A stretch of DNA of 64,000 bases, from NCBI GenBank assembly GCA_041690595.1, contig JAWLHB010000011.1, forward strand, positions 124,001 through 188,000. Direction: 5' to 3'. This DNA is from Lentisphaeria bacterium. GTDB taxonomy: Bacteria; Verrucomicrobiota; Lentisphaeria; JABSQK01; JAWLHB01. The first letter of the stretch is position 1. The number at the start of each line of letters is the position of its first letter. This document shows positions 20,073 through 30,624 of the stretch, piece by piece. Made by a program: the position numbers and the translations under genes. The notes beneath the pieces were generated by a model. It was not told the DNA's origin and did no database searches. It saw only the letters and a program-made list of their open reading frames with translations.

Positions 20073-21434
20073 ATGTTTGTTCATTCGCGGCTTTGGCCGA
20101 CCCTTTGTTTGTCAATCGTATTCTCAACCGGCTGCATCAGCCAGGTCTCCGAGCATGGCGCCTCGGCTCGGCCGGCGCCTCTGACGCCAGGTTCTCATCC
20201 ATCAACGGACGTGCCGGCCTTGCGCGGGGAGGCGGAGTTTGCGCAGGTCTTTGCGGCAGTGCTCGAGTCGCAGCCGGAACTGGAGGTGTTGCGGCTGACG
20301 CGGGAGGCCCGTAACGCTGCCGCGCGACAGGCGGGGCTGCCATCGAATCCCGAGCTTGGCGTTGAGGTGGAGGATGTTGGCGGCAGCGGCGAGCTGTCGG
20401 GCACGGGCGCGATGGAGACGACAGTGGGCGTGAGCCAGGCTTTTTCGCTCGGCGGCAAGCTGCGCAAGCGGGGCAGGGCGGCGCGACTGGAGGCGGAGAT
20501 GACCGGTTGGGAGAGGGACTTGCGCATTCTCGAGTTATTTGGTGAGGCTCGGATCCGCTTTGCCGATGTGGCGGATGCGCAGGAGCGGGAAGCCTTGTCG
20601 ATGGAAAGCGTGACGCTGCTGGAGCGGTTGCTGGAGGTGGTTGGACAGCGGGTGGAATCGGGTGATGTCTCACCGGTGGAGAGCACGAAGGCAAGAGTGG
20701 AGCTGGCGGCGGCGCGGATCGAACTGCATCGTGCCGAGCGAGAGCTGCTGGCGTCCCGTGTACGGCTGGCGGCGCTCTGGGGTGGCGACGGAACGTCGGT
20801 GGAGCGGGTCAGGGAGGAGCAGGCACCGCTGGAGCTGCCCTCGCTGGAGAGCCTTGTCGAGGTGCTGGCGAAGCATCCCCGGGCAGCACGATGGGAGGCC
20901 GAGGGTGATCTGCGAGAAGCGCGTCTGCGAGCTGCCGAGGCGGAAGCCTGGCCGGATCTGGAGATCGGCGCGGGAGTGCGCCACTTCAATGAGTCTGATG
21001 AGCATTCATTCGTTTTGGGGGTGTCCGTACCGCTGCCGATCTTCAACCGCAATCAGGGTGGCGTCGAGGAAGCCAGGACAATCCTGAGCATGCTGGAGGT
21101 GGAGCGGGAGGCAGAGTGGCGCAAGTGGTACGGGCAGCTGGTTGCCCTTCACGCGGAGTTGCAGACGCAGCGCGCGTTGCACGAGGAACTGCGTGCGTCC
21201 CTGCTTCCGGAAGCCGAGGAGATGTATGAAGCCGTGCGCAAAGCATATGGCGCGGGCCAGAAGGGAATGCTGGATCTGCTCGATGCGGAACGAACGCTTC
21301 TGGAGGCTCGCCAGGCGCAGCTGGCCGCGGCGAGCGAGAGGCGCCAGCGACAGGCCGCCCTCGAAGCCTTGCTGGGCACCACCCTGAACGACTTGACTGT
21401 TTCCATACCGGATTCTCAGAAGGAGAGCAACTAA
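20073..21434 (+). CDS. czcC: TolC-family outer membrane efflux protein (CzcC-like)
   Basis: Lipobox-like STGC, NPEL, LGVSVPLPIFNRNQG, LDLLDAERTL; ATG 20073 with AGGAG. Confidence 0.85.
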   Translation: MFVHSRLWPTLCLSIVFSTGCISQVSEHGASARPAPLTPGSHPSTDVPALRGEAEFAQVFAAVLESQPELEVLRLTREARNAAARQAGLPSNPELGVEVEDVGGSGELSGTGAMETTVGVSQAFSLGGKLRKRGRAARLEAEMTGWERDLRILELFGEARIRFADVADAQEREALSMESVTLLERLLEVVGQRVESGDVSPVESTKARVELAAARIELHRAERELLASRVRLAALWGGDGTSVERVREEQAPLELPSLESLVEVLAKHPRAARWEAEGDLREARLRAAEAEAWPDLEIGAGVRHFNESDEHSFVLGVSVPLPIFNRNQGGVEEARTILSMLEVEREAEWRKWYGQLVALHAELQTQRALHEELRASLLPEAEEMYEAVRKAYGAGQKGMLDLLDAERTLLEARQAQLAAASERRQRQAALEALLGTTLNDLTVSIPDSQKESN

Positions 21435-21435
21435 A

Positions 21436-23025
21436 ATGATGATTTTGCTGCACAAACGACAGCTGATGGCGCTGGCACTCGGTCTCTTCACGCTCCTCTG
21501 GATGAGCAGTCAGGATGGACGCTTCTCCTGGCTGTCTTCGGCTCACGCCCAGGCCGAGCATGCTCCCCATGAGGGGCATGACGAGCACGAAGGGCACGAT
21601 CACGCAGAGCACGAAGAAGCAGAGGGCGATCACGAGGAGCATGAGGAAGCAGAGGGGGAACACGAGGAGCATGAGGGTCACGAAGACGAAGATGCCCACG
21701 AGGACGAAGAGGGCGTGATACGGATATCGCCGACCGTCTTACGTGAGTTCGACATCGAGCTGAAGAAGGCGGCGCCGGGCGTGCTGGGTGCGGAGCTTCG
21801 CCTGCCGGGGCAGATCGTGGTGAACCCGGATCTGGTGGCGCACGTGGTGCCGCGAGCATCCGGCATCGTACAGTCGGTGGCCAAGCGCAGCGGCGATTCC
21901 GTGACGCGCGGGGAAGTGCTTGCCGTTCTGGATAGTCCGGCGCTGTCACAGGCGAAGGTGGAGTTCCTCAGTCTGCGTCAGGAACTGGAACTGCACGAGC
22001 TGGACCTGGAGCGGGCACGCACGATCCATGAGAACAGCGTTAAGGCGTTGACCCTGCTGAAGGAGAATCCCCTGCTGGAGGAGTTGGCGGAGTTGGAGGG
22101 ATTGGATCTGGGCGGCATGCGACGGGAGCTGATCGGTTCTTACGCGTCCATGGCAGCCGCGCAATCGACGCTGGACCGCAAGCGGCAGTTGCACACGCAG
22201 CAGATTGCCAGTGACGCGGAATTGCAGGAAGCGGAAAGCGCCTTCAAGCAGGCGCGGGTCGAGTACCTGGCGGCTCGGGATGCCATCGGCTACGCAAACG
22301 AGCGGGCGCTGATAGCGGCACAACGGGAAGTGAAGCTGAGCCGTATCCGCGTGAATGCCGCCGAACAGAATCTGCATGCGCTCGGGCTCAGCGAAGAGGA
22401 TGTTGCGGCCGTAGCGGAGGAGAAGGATGCCACCCTCTCCCGGCTCGAGATGGTGGCACCCCTGGATGGTGTCGTGACCGAACGGCACCTGGTGCGGGGC
22501 GAGAAGGCCAGCGACGAGGAGACTGCCTTCGTTATCGCGGACTACAGCAGCGTCTGGATTCACTTGACGCTCTACCCGCGGGATTTCGGCTTGGTGGCCA
22601 AAGGGATGCCGGTGACGATCACGCTGAGCGGCACCGCCGTAACGGGTGCCGGCGAGGTCGACTTGGTGAGTCCGGAAGTGGATGCGGCGACACGGACGGC
22701 GACGGTTCGGGTCGTCCTGGAGAATGCGGATGGCCACTGGCGTCCCGGAGCTTTCGTGACGGGTCATATCGCGGTCAGCTCACGGGAAGCGGCGGTGGTA
22801 GTGCCGGCGGATGCGGTGATCCTGATAGATGGTGCCATGATGGTATTCGTCCAGACGGCGGAAGGTTTGGAGCCTCGCCCCGTGCGAATAGGAGAGCGCG
22901 ACCATCGCCAAGTGGAGATCCTGGAGGGGTTGGCGCCGGGCGAGCTTTTCGCCGCCGGCAACGTCCTGCCGCTGAAGGCGGAACTGAATCGCGCCGCGCT
23001 TGAACACGCCGGCCATGCCCACTAA
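21436..23025 (+). CDS. czcB: RND periplasmic adaptor (CzcB-like) with His/Glu-rich insert
   Basis: PRASGIV, APLDGVV, ADYSSVW, VDAATRT, WRPGAF motifs; His-rich N-terminal tract. Confidence 0.85.
   Translation: MMILLHKRQLMALALGLFTLLWMSSQDGRFSWLSSAHAQAEHAPHEGHDEHEGHDHAEHEEAEGDHEEHEEAEGEHEEHEGHEDEDAHEDEEGVIRISPTVLREFDIELKKAAPGVLGAELRLPGQIVVNPDLVAHVVPRASGIVQSVAKRSGDSVTRGEVLAVLDSPALSQAKVEFLSLRQELELHELDLERARTIHENSVKALTLLKENPLLEELAELEGLDLGGMRRELIGSYASMAAAQSTLDRKRQLHTQQIASDAELQEAESAFKQARVEYLAARDAIGYANERALIAAQREVKLSRIRVNAAEQNLHALGLSEEDVAAVAEEKDATLSRLEMVAPLDGVVTERHLVRGEKASDEETAFVIADYSSVWIHLTLYPRDFGLVAKGMPVTITLSGTAVTGAGEVDLVSPEVDAATRTATVRVVLENADGHWRPGAFVTGHIAVSSREAAVVVPADAVILIDGAMMVFVQTAEGLEPRPVRIGERDHRQVEILEGLAPGELFAAGNVLPLKAELNRAALEHAGHAH
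21601..21690 (+). repeat. 3 x 30-bp in-frame repeat encoding HxEHEEAEGx-type units
   Basis: HAEHEEAEGD / HEEHEEAEGE / HEEHEGHEDE. Confidence 0.75.
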
Positions 23026-23043
23026 CGGAAAGAGGAACCTTAC

Positions 23044-26000
23044 ATGATAGAAAGATCCATTGACTTTTCGTTGAAGAACCGGCTTGTCGTCTTTGTTCTG
23101 GTGGCGCTGGTGATAATCTCCGGCTACTGGGCGTATCTGCATCTGCCGGTGAATGCTATTCCCGATGTTTCGCCGAATCTGGTGCAGGTCTTCACGGTTA
23201 CAGAGGGACTGGCGCCGGAAGAGGTGGAGAAGTATGTGACCTATCCAGTGGAGGCAGCGATGACGGGGCTTCCGGGCGTTGTCCGGGTGCGCAGTGTCTC
23301 CAACTTCGGCCTGTCCGTCGTCAATATCTACTTTGACGATCATCTGGACATCTACTTCTGCCGCCAGGTGGTGGGGGAACGACTGTCGGAGGCGGCGGAG
23401 CAGATCCCGGAGGGCTTTGGCGAGCCGGAGATGGGGCCGATCTCCACCGGCATGGGGCTGATCCTCTACTATTACCTTGAAGACACGACCGGCACCTATT
23501 CGCTGGAAGAGCTGCGCTCGATGCAGGATTGGATCGTGAAGTTTCAGCTGCAGACGGTTCCGGGCGTCACCGAGGTGTTGGGCATCGGCGGCTTCGAGAA
23601 GCAGTTTCACGTCGATGTCGATCCGGATGCACTGCTGCGTTATGACATCACTCTCCACGATGTGATCGAGCGAATCGAGGCCAACAACATCACGGTCGGT
23701 GCTCAATTCATCGAGCGCGGCGGAGAGCAGTTGACGGTTCGGTCGGTCGGTCTGGCGGAAGGGATCGATGATCTGGAATCGATCGTGGTCAAGGCGGCGC
23801 AGGGGCGCACCATTCATCTTCATGACGTGGCGGATGTAAAGATCGGCGGCGCGATTCGCCATGGGCTGCAGACGCTCAACGGCGAGGGCGAAGTCGTGGC
23901 CGGGATGGTGGTGCAGCTTTTCGGCGCGAATGCGTCGACGGTGATCGCGGAGGTGGAGAAGCGGCTGTCCGAGGTCGAACAAGCGTTACCGGAGGGTGTG
24001 CGGATCGTGCCGTATTACCAGCAGAAGAGCCTGGTGGAGAAGTCCGTCGGCACGGTGACCAAGGCGCTGATACAAGGGATGATTCTGGTGGCGCTTGTGC
24101 TGCTTGTTTTCATGGGGGGACTTCGGGCCAGCCTTGTGGTCGCGATCTCCATTCCATTTTCAGTCCTCTTTGCGACGCTGGCGATGTGGTATCTGGGCAT
24201 CTCGGCCAACCTGATGTCGTTGGGTGGTCTGGCCATTGCCATCGGGATGCTGGTGGACGGCGCAATCGTCATGGTAGAGAACATCGACCGGATGCTGGCG
24301 GAGGCTCCCCCCCACAGTTCGCGGCTCAAGGTTGTAGGGCAGGCGTGCCGGGAAGTGGCGAGACCGATTGTCTTTGCGGTGGCGATCATCATCATCGTCT
24401 TCCTGCCGCTCTTCACCTTGCAGGGGGTGGAGGGCAAGACCTTCCGTCCGCTGGCATATACGGTGGCGCTGGCGATGCTGGGGTCGCTCCTTTTTGCCAT
24501 GCTGGCTGCGCCAATGTTCAGCTATCTGCTGATGCGGCTGCCGAAGCGGGGCGAGGGCGAGCGAGGCGAAGAACCGTTGATCGTGCGCCTGCTGTTGTAC
24601 CTCTACCGCCCTCTGGTGCGGCAGTTCGTGCGGCATCGATCGTTGGCGATCGTGCTGGCCGTGGCGATGCTGGCGGTGGGGGCCGTCGTCTTCCCCCGAC
24701 TCGGTTCGGAGTTCACCCCCCGGCTGAACGAGGGGGATCTGATCGTGAACCTGACGATGGCGCCTTCCGTTTCGCTGGATGAAACGGCGCGGCTCACCCG
24801 GATCGCCGAGAAGCGGATGTTGCAGATACCCGAGGTGGCGGCGGTGGTCAGCCGCGCGGGCCGTGGCGAGGTCGGGGCGCATGCGGATCCCATCAACAGC
24901 GTCCATTCCCTGGTGGTGCTCAAGCCGCGGGCAGAGTGGGCGGTAAACGCCACGCAGGCGGCGATCGAGGAGGCCATTCGCGTCAAGTTGAGCGGCATGC
25001 CCGGAGTGCTGGTGAATCTCAGCCAGCCAATCCAATCGACGGTGGATGAGTTGGTGGGCGGCGTGAAGGCCGAGCTGGCGGTGAAGCTGTTCGGTCCCGA
25101 TCTGGAGGTGCTGAAGGAGAAGGCGGAGGAGATCGCGTCGGTGATTCGCGAGCTGCCCGGGGCAGCGGATGCCCAGACCGAGCAGGTCGTGGGTGCCCCG
25201 CAGCTGATCATTCGGCCGGATCGCGCCGCAATCGCCCGCTATGGCCTCGACCTTGGTGCGGTACAGGAGGTGATTCGCACTGCCATCGGCGGCAGCACTG
25301 CCGGCCAGATCTTCGAGGGCATCCGCCGCTTCGACATCCAGGTGCGCTATCGCGAGGAGGTGCGCGACACTCCCGAGCGTATCGCCCAGTTGCTGATTCG
25401 CGGACCGGATGGGGCGATGATTCCCCTCGGCCAGATCGCCACGATCGAGGAGGTGGTCGGTCCTCGCCAGATCACTCGCGAGAATGCGAACCGATTCACG
25501 AGCGTGCAAACCAATGTGGTGGGACGTGACATCGGCGGCTTTGTCGCGGAAGCGCAGGAGGCGATTGCGGCGGCCGTGGAGCTTCCTCCGGGTTATCTCA
25601 TCACCTGGGGCGGCCAGTTCGAGTTGGCTCAGGCGGCCAACAAGCGTCTGATGGTGGTCGTCCCGGTCACCCTCCTGCTGATCTGCCTCTTGCTCTACGG
25701 CAGCTTCGGTTCGATCGGGCTCACGCTCCTCATCCTGTTGAATATTCCGCTGGCGCTGGTTGGCGGCATCAGCGCACTATGGGTGAGCGGGCAGAACCTC
25801 TCCGTGCCGGCATCCGTCGGATTCATCGCCCTCTTTGGCATTGCCCTGGAGAACGGCATGGTGCTGGTGACCTATCTGAACCAGTTGATGGAGAAGGGCA
25901 AGACCGTGGACGATGCCTCCATGGAGGGGGCCTGCCTGCGCGTCCGGCCGGTGCTGATGACGGCGGTGACGACGGCGCTCGGCTTGATCCCGCTCCTGCT

Positions 26001-26166
26001 CGCCAGTGGTACGGGCAGCGAGGTTCAGCGTCCACTGGCGACGGTTGTTGTCGGCGGTCTCGTCACCAGCACCATCCTGACACTTCTGGTCCTGCCGGCC
26101 CTCTTCAAATGGTTTCGGCCTTCCGCGACCGTGTCGGCGATCTCATCGGAGGGCGCCCTGAGTTAA
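23044..26166 (+). CDS. czcA: Heavy-metal efflux RND transporter, CusA/CzcA family
   Basis: PEEVEKYVTYPVE, SANLMSLGG, DGAIVMVEN, RPVLMT, EVQRPLATVVVGG; 1040 aa. Confidence 0.92.
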   Translation: MIERSIDFSLKNRLVVFVLVALVIISGYWAYLHLPVNAIPDVSPNLVQVFTVTEGLAPEEVEKYVTYPVEAAMTGLPGVVRVRSVSNFGLSVVNIYFDDHLDIYFCRQVVGERLSEAAEQIPEGFGEPEMGPISTGMGLILYYYLEDTTGTYSLEELRSMQDWIVKFQLQTVPGVTEVLGIGGFEKQFHVDVDPDALLRYDITLHDVIERIEANNITVGAQFIERGGEQLTVRSVGLAEGIDDLESIVVKAAQGRTIHLHDVADVKIGGAIRHGLQTLNGEGEVVAGMVVQLFGANASTVIAEVEKRLSEVEQALPEGVRIVPYYQQKSLVEKSVGTVTKALIQGMILVALVLLVFMGGLRASLVVAISIPFSVLFATLAMWYLGISANLMSLGGLAIAIGMLVDGAIVMVENIDRMLAEAPPHSSRLKVVGQACREVARPIVFAVAIIIIVFLPLFTLQGVEGKTFRPLAYTVALAMLGSLLFAMLAAPMFSYLLMRLPKRGEGERGEEPLIVRLLLYLYRPLVRQFVRHRSLAIVLAVAMLAVGAVVFPRLGSEFTPRLNEGDLIVNLTMAPSVSLDETARLTRIAEKRMLQIPEVAAVVSRAGRGEVGAHADPINSVHSLVVLKPRAEWAVNATQAAIEEAIRVKLSGMPGVLVNLSQPIQSTVDELVGGVKAELAVKLFGPDLEVLKEKAEEIASVIRELPGAADAQTEQVVGAPQLIIRPDRAAIARYGLDLGAVQEVIRTAIGGSTAGQIFEGIRRFDIQVRYREEVRDTPERIAQLLIRGPDGAMIPLGQIATIEEVVGPRQITRENANRFTSVQTNVVGRDIGGFVAEAQEAIAAAVELPPGYLITWGGQFELAQAANKRLMVVVPVTLLLICLLLYGSFGSIGLTLLILLNIPLALVGGISALWVSGQNLSVPASVGFIALFGIALENGMVLVTYLNQLMEKGKTVDDASMEGACLRVRPVLMTAVTTALGLIPLLLASGTGSEVQRPLATVVVGGLVTSTILTLLVLPALFKWFRPSATVSAISSEGALS

Positions 26167-26178
26167 TGGTGCTGCCAT

Positions 26179-28104
26179 TCACGGGATCGGCTCGATGGTG
26201 GCGCCGGACCATTGGCGGACGGTCATGGCGAGCTGTCGGCGGTGGTCGTGGATGATGTGCGCCAGCGCGTCGCGCTGCTGGATGGCGATTGGTTTCGCCG
26301 CCCACCATGCTTCCGCTTCGGCGACGCTCTTGCCTGGAAGATAGATCATCACGTAGCCGGCATCCCGTGGCTGGCGGCCGTGGGGGATGATCGCCGTCCA
26401 GAAGCGGCGCCGGCATTCGCCGGCATCGGGTGCCATCGCTGCATTGGGCGGATCCTGGCGCAGATCGGTGAAGCGTCCAGTGCGCCAGGCGCAGGTGACG
26501 GTGACCCGCGGCGCCTCCGGCAGAATGTACGCGCAATCGTGCCCGGCCAGAAAGCGGCATTCCGCCCGGAACTCCGGCAGCTCGGCCTCCTCCGGTACGG
26601 CGACGTGGCGGATGATCGTTTCCACCTCGTGGTCGCCGTCACAATGAATGCCACTGCCCATGGCGACGATGGCGTCGTCGAGGATGAACCAGCTCTTGCG
26701 GGCCAACAGCTCGTTGCGATCGAGGTTGCGGATGACGAAGTCGATGCCGCAGCAGCCGAGCTGGTGATTGTCGGTGCCGGTGACGAACCAGCTGTGGCCC
26801 ATCGTTTCGGCGGGGATCTTGAAGGCGTCGGCGCGGGTAATTCCCGTAAGCCGTTCCCAGTCCATGGAGGGGATGACGCCACCGCGGTACTCGCTGCCGT
26901 CGGTGCGAAGGACAAGATGACCGTCGCTGAGGTGCCATCCCTTGAGATTGGTGCGGTTGATGCCCAGATAGGCTTTTGTGCGCCAACTGGCCATTTTGAT
27001 GGTGGCGTGCCAGGTCGGACGGCGTGCCGCCAGGTACTCGGCATCGGCGAAGTAGCGAACGCCCTGAGGGTGTGGCGCCGCGTCGGGAAGTGACCTTGCC
27101 AGCCGCTCGGCGAAGTTGCTCATCGGCTTGACGCCATCGGCAAGGAGGCGCGCGGCGCACGCCCCGACGTCCTGCCGGCGCGGGATCTTCAGGCCGGCGA
27201 GCAGCAGGCTCCCTTCCAGGACGCGATTGGCGTTCATGGCCTCCTCGCTCATGGAGATGCCGCGTCCCACGATGAAGGGATCGAAGGCATCGCCGGCAAT
27301 CGTCCAGCGCATGAAGTCGAGGAGGAAGCGAACGGCGTTTTCGGCCGTCTCCGGGGGGATCGCCCAGGGGGAGCCTTCCAGGATGTGCATGACCTGCGCG
27401 AGGTTGAGGTAATGCTCTCGCCCATAGCCGAGGTTGACGGTGGCCCCATGGTAGAAGTAGGTGGCGTCGCGTCGGAAACCTTGTGGATCGAGCGCCGCGC
27501 CGTCGACCAGTGCGCTGGCTTGGACGGCCCAATCCCTGGCGCGGGCGAGGTAGTCGGGATCCTCCGCGGCCAGGCCGTAGCCGAGAAAGCTGAGCGCGGT
27601 CGACATGCGATTGGCGGCAGGATGGAAGGGCCAGATGGCTTCCACCAGGTGGCGGTACGAGGCCAGGAGCCCCAGACGACTGGCTGGCTGCATGGCGTCG
27701 CCCGCCCAAGCGAGTGTCTCCCCCAGAGAATGCGGGATGCCGATCTGCCAGGCCCACCAGTTGTTGGGGAAGTCGCATCCGGGATGGATCAGGCGCCCCA
27801 GGTAGGTGGCCGCAAGGTCGATGTAGGTTGCCGCTTCCGGCGACTGATGATAGCGGCTTCCGGGAGTGCGCCAGGCCTTGGCGACGAGGGCCAGCCGGTA
27901 GACCGCGGAACCGCCCCAGGACAACTGGGGCGAAGCGAGGCAGTCGACATCGGGCCAGCCGCCGTAACGCGCATCGTGCGGATCCCGAATCTGCTCATTG
28001 AGCAATCTGGCCAGGTGCGCGTCCTGTCGCTGAAGGGATTCGGCGCGACTGTCGATCGACATCTCCAGCCAGCGTTGGCGGATAGAGTTCCACTGTGTCG
28101 ACAT
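26179..28104 (-). CDS. Polysaccharide lyase family 8-like protein, no signal peptide
   Basis: NNWWAWQIGIP, AAN, GF..DATYFYH....LGYG, GRGIS, NLKGWHLSDG, MDWERLTGIT, ARKSWF; start taken at MSTQW (28104). Confidence 0.8.
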   Translation of the reverse strand: MSTQWNSIRQRWLEMSIDSRAESLQRQDAHLARLLNEQIRDPHDARYGGWPDVDCLASPQLSWGGSAVYRLALVAKAWRTPGSRYHQSPEAATYIDLAATYLGRLIHPGCDFPNNWWAWQIGIPHSLGETLAWAGDAMQPASRLGLLASYRHLVEAIWPFHPAANRMSTALSFLGYGLAAEDPDYLARARDWAVQASALVDGAALDPQGFRRDATYFYHGATVNLGYGREHYLNLAQVMHILEGSPWAIPPETAENAVRFLLDFMRWTIAGDAFDPFIVGRGISMSEEAMNANRVLEGSLLLAGLKIPRRQDVGACAARLLADGVKPMSNFAERLARSLPDAAPHPQGVRYFADAEYLAARRPTWHATIKMASWRTKAYLGINRTNLKGWHLSDGHLVLRTDGSEYRGGVIPSMDWERLTGITRADAFKIPAETMGHSWFVTGTDNHQLGCCGIDFVIRNLDRNELLARKSWFILDDAIVAMGSGIHCDGDHEVETIIRHVAVPEEAELPEFRAECRFLAGHDCAYILPEAPRVTVTCAWRTGRFTDLRQDPPNAAMAPDAGECRRRFWTAIIPHGRQPRDAGYVMIYLPGKSVAEAEAWWAAKPIAIQQRDALAHIIHDHRRQLAMTVRQWSGATIEPIP

Positions 28105-28261
28105 GGTGCAGGGGCATCCTTTGCTGGAGATTAGTCGGGCTCGTCCATGGCAGGAGCCAAAATAGTTCACCGAATGTTGTCATCAAGCTTGTACAGTCCA
28201 CTTCCAAAGGCAATCAGTAAACAGCTTTTTACCTCCACTTACCAGAAATCGGAGCAATACC

Positions 28262-30520
28262 ATGGCGACCAGGCTTGAATTCCATCGCGGGCGACCGGCA
28301 TTCGTGCAGAATGGCGAGCCCCTCAGCTATGCCTGCTACAGCGATCCGCGGCTGCGCACGGATCCCACCCACAAGTACTCCTCCGAGCACTGGCGTCGCC
28401 ATCAGCAGCAGTTCGTCGACAACGGTTTCCGCTTCTTCTCGATTGCCGCCAATTACGTCATCGACGGCGAATGGGGCAAGACCCGTTTCTGGAATGGGCC
28501 GGATGACTATCCGGAGCCGGACCCAGGGACGCATGAATTCTGCGTCGAGGAGCAGATGCGCATCCTTCTGGAGATGTGTCCGGACGCGAAGGTCTTCGTG
28601 CGGCTGCCGGAACGCTTTCCGGAATCGTGGGTGAAGGCCTATCCGGATGAGCAGTTGAAGGCGCTGGTGCCGGAGGAGCGTACATTCATGAAGCCCAGCC
28701 TGGCAAGCTTGATCGCCCGTCGTGATCTCTGCCGGTATTATCGGCACATCACGCGGTACCTCGAGGCGCAGGAATGGGCCGAACACATCGTGGCCTATGC
28801 CCTCTATCCGATGGGCGAAGGACTCACCCCGCTTGGTCCATCGGGGCTCCTTTTCGACCATTCCACGGTGATGCGCAAGACCTTCCGCGGTTACCTCGAG
28901 GAGACGTACGGGAGTGAAGCCGCGCTGCGTACCGCCTGGGGATCCGAGGATCTCTCCTTCGAGAGTGCATGTTACCCGACCGATGCCGAGTGGCGGAGTT
29001 GGCTGCCGAGCGAGCACCATTGGCCGAAAGAGGGGAAATGGCAGGCAGTCCGGGATTACATGGCCTGCTACCGCGATCTGCATTACCGGTGGTTTGGGGC
29101 AGCCCTGGATGCGGTGCATGAGGTGGCGCCGGATCGCCTCCTTGGGATCGATTTCGCGAAGCTGCCGATGTTGGGATGGCAGCTCGGGCAGGCGTTCCTT
29201 GGCAAGCCGGTCAACCATGAGTGGCCGCTGATGCCGATCTCCAGCGGGGCCTATGACATGGGGCGCACGCTCGATCATCCCCACCTGGACTTCGTCAATA
29301 CCCCGATGGACTACACCGCCCGCAGCGCCGGCTACTGCTGCGAACCCGAAGGGGTGAGCGACTCGCTGCTCCTGCGCGGGAAGGTGATGTTCATGGAGAA
29401 CGACTTCCGCACCTACGCGCCCGACCAGGAAGACCAGACGGTTGGCGCCGCGCGCGATGTGGCCGACCTGCAAAGCATGCTGCTGCGCAACATGGCATGG
29501 AGCTTGTCGCGTGGCGCGATGGATTACCTGATGGTGGCGGGTGGCGCCTACTTCGATCATGAAGAAGTGCAGGAGAAGGGGATCGCCTGGCTGCGTCCCG
29601 TTCTCGACATGGCGCCCAGCCTGGAGCATCGCGAGACCGAGCATGCCATCGCCATGATCATCGACGACACCAGCATCCTGTGGGAGAACGGCACCAGCGG
29701 CTTCCACAATCAGGCCGTACTCTGGCAGCGTATTCTGGGGCTCGCGCACTGCGGCATCCCCTATCGCATCTATCTCTTCAGCGACTTGGAGCGCGAGGAG
29801 ATGCCGGACTACCGCGTTTATCTCTTCCCGGATCTCTTCCAGCTCACTCCGGAACGGCTGGCGCTCCTGCGGCGAAAGGTTCTGCGCGACGGCAGGCTCG
29901 CCATCTTCGGACCCGCAACCGGCATGATCGACGCAGCCGGCAAGCTCAGCACGGCTCCCGTCAGCGAGCTTCTGGGGGTCGAGATGGAGATGGACGAAGC
30001 CAGCAGCCAGCATCGGGTGATCATCGAAGGGAACGACCCGCTGGTGTCGCGCCTGGGGGGCTGCTCGATCTACGGCGACAGTGTCGCCTACGGGCCGATC
30101 GTGAAGCCCGCGAAGGGAGCGGTGGAAGCAGCCGGTGCCCGTCAACTTGGCTGGGCCACGACATGGTGGCAGGTGAACCGTCCCGGCCTCTTCATGGTGG
30201 AGCAGCCCGATTGCCGGATGGTCTGGAGTATTGCGATGCCCTTTCCCGCGCCCTTGCTGCGGGAACTGGCCCGTGAGGCTGGCTGTCACGTCTGGTGTGA
30301 GCGGGATGACGTCGTCCTTGCCAGCGACACGATTGCCGCGGTTCATACCGCTCGTCCAGGTCCGGTGACCCTTTCCTTCCCCTCGCCGCGGCCGGTGTGG
30401 GATCTGATCACCGGCGAGTGCCTGGGCAAGTTGCTGAGCCAGGTGACGATCGACGTGAAGGCTCCGCATACCGCGCTCTTCTATACCGGTGACAGGGCAC
30501 AGCTGCCTGTGGTGCCATAA
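28262..30520 (+). CDS. Glycoside hydrolase-like protein (GH42/beta-galactosidase-like TIM barrel + trimerisation-like domain)
   Basis: FDHS....TFRGYLEETYGSEAALRTAWG, ENDFRT, CGIPYRIY..SDL..PDYRVYLFP; no signal peptide. Confidence 0.6.
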   Translation: MATRLEFHRGRPAFVQNGEPLSYACYSDPRLRTDPTHKYSSEHWRRHQQQFVDNGFRFFSIAANYVIDGEWGKTRFWNGPDDYPEPDPGTHEFCVEEQMRILLEMCPDAKVFVRLPERFPESWVKAYPDEQLKALVPEERTFMKPSLASLIARRDLCRYYRHITRYLEAQEWAEHIVAYALYPMGEGLTPLGPSGLLFDHSTVMRKTFRGYLEETYGSEAALRTAWGSEDLSFESACYPTDAEWRSWLPSEHHWPKEGKWQAVRDYMACYRDLHYRWFGAALDAVHEVAPDRLLGIDFAKLPMLGWQLGQAFLGKPVNHEWPLMPISSGAYDMGRTLDHPHLDFVNTPMDYTARSAGYCCEPEGVSDSLLLRGKVMFMENDFRTYAPDQEDQTVGAARDVADLQSMLLRNMAWSLSRGAMDYLMVAGGAYFDHEEVQEKGIAWLRPVLDMAPSLEHRETEHAIAMIIDDTSILWENGTSGFHNQAVLWQRILGLAHCGIPYRIYLFSDLEREEMPDYRVYLFPDLFQLTPERLALLRRKVLRDGRLAIFGPATGMIDAAGKLSTAPVSELLGVEMEMDEASSQHRVIIEGNDPLVSRLGGCSIYGDSVAYGPIVKPAKGAVEAAGARQLGWATTWWQVNRPGLFMVEQPDCRMVWSIAMPFPAPLLRELAREAGCHVWCERDDVVLASDTIAAVHTARPGPVTLSFPSPRPVWDLITGECLGKLLSQVTIDVKAPHTALFYTGDRAQLPVVP

Positions 30521-30624
30521 CCTCGGGCACGGCGGACGTCGGCTCTTGTGAATGGGGCCCGAAAAGAGTAAAGTAGGGGGCATTACAGCGGGTTTACTTT
30601 TGCATTGGCGGAAAAGGCAGCATC

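Noticed and set aside
28229..30583. Long antisense ORFs (also 8006-9922, 12444-15047, 34876-36249, 46194-47879)
   Set aside because: Opposite well-supported genes; no recognisable motifs
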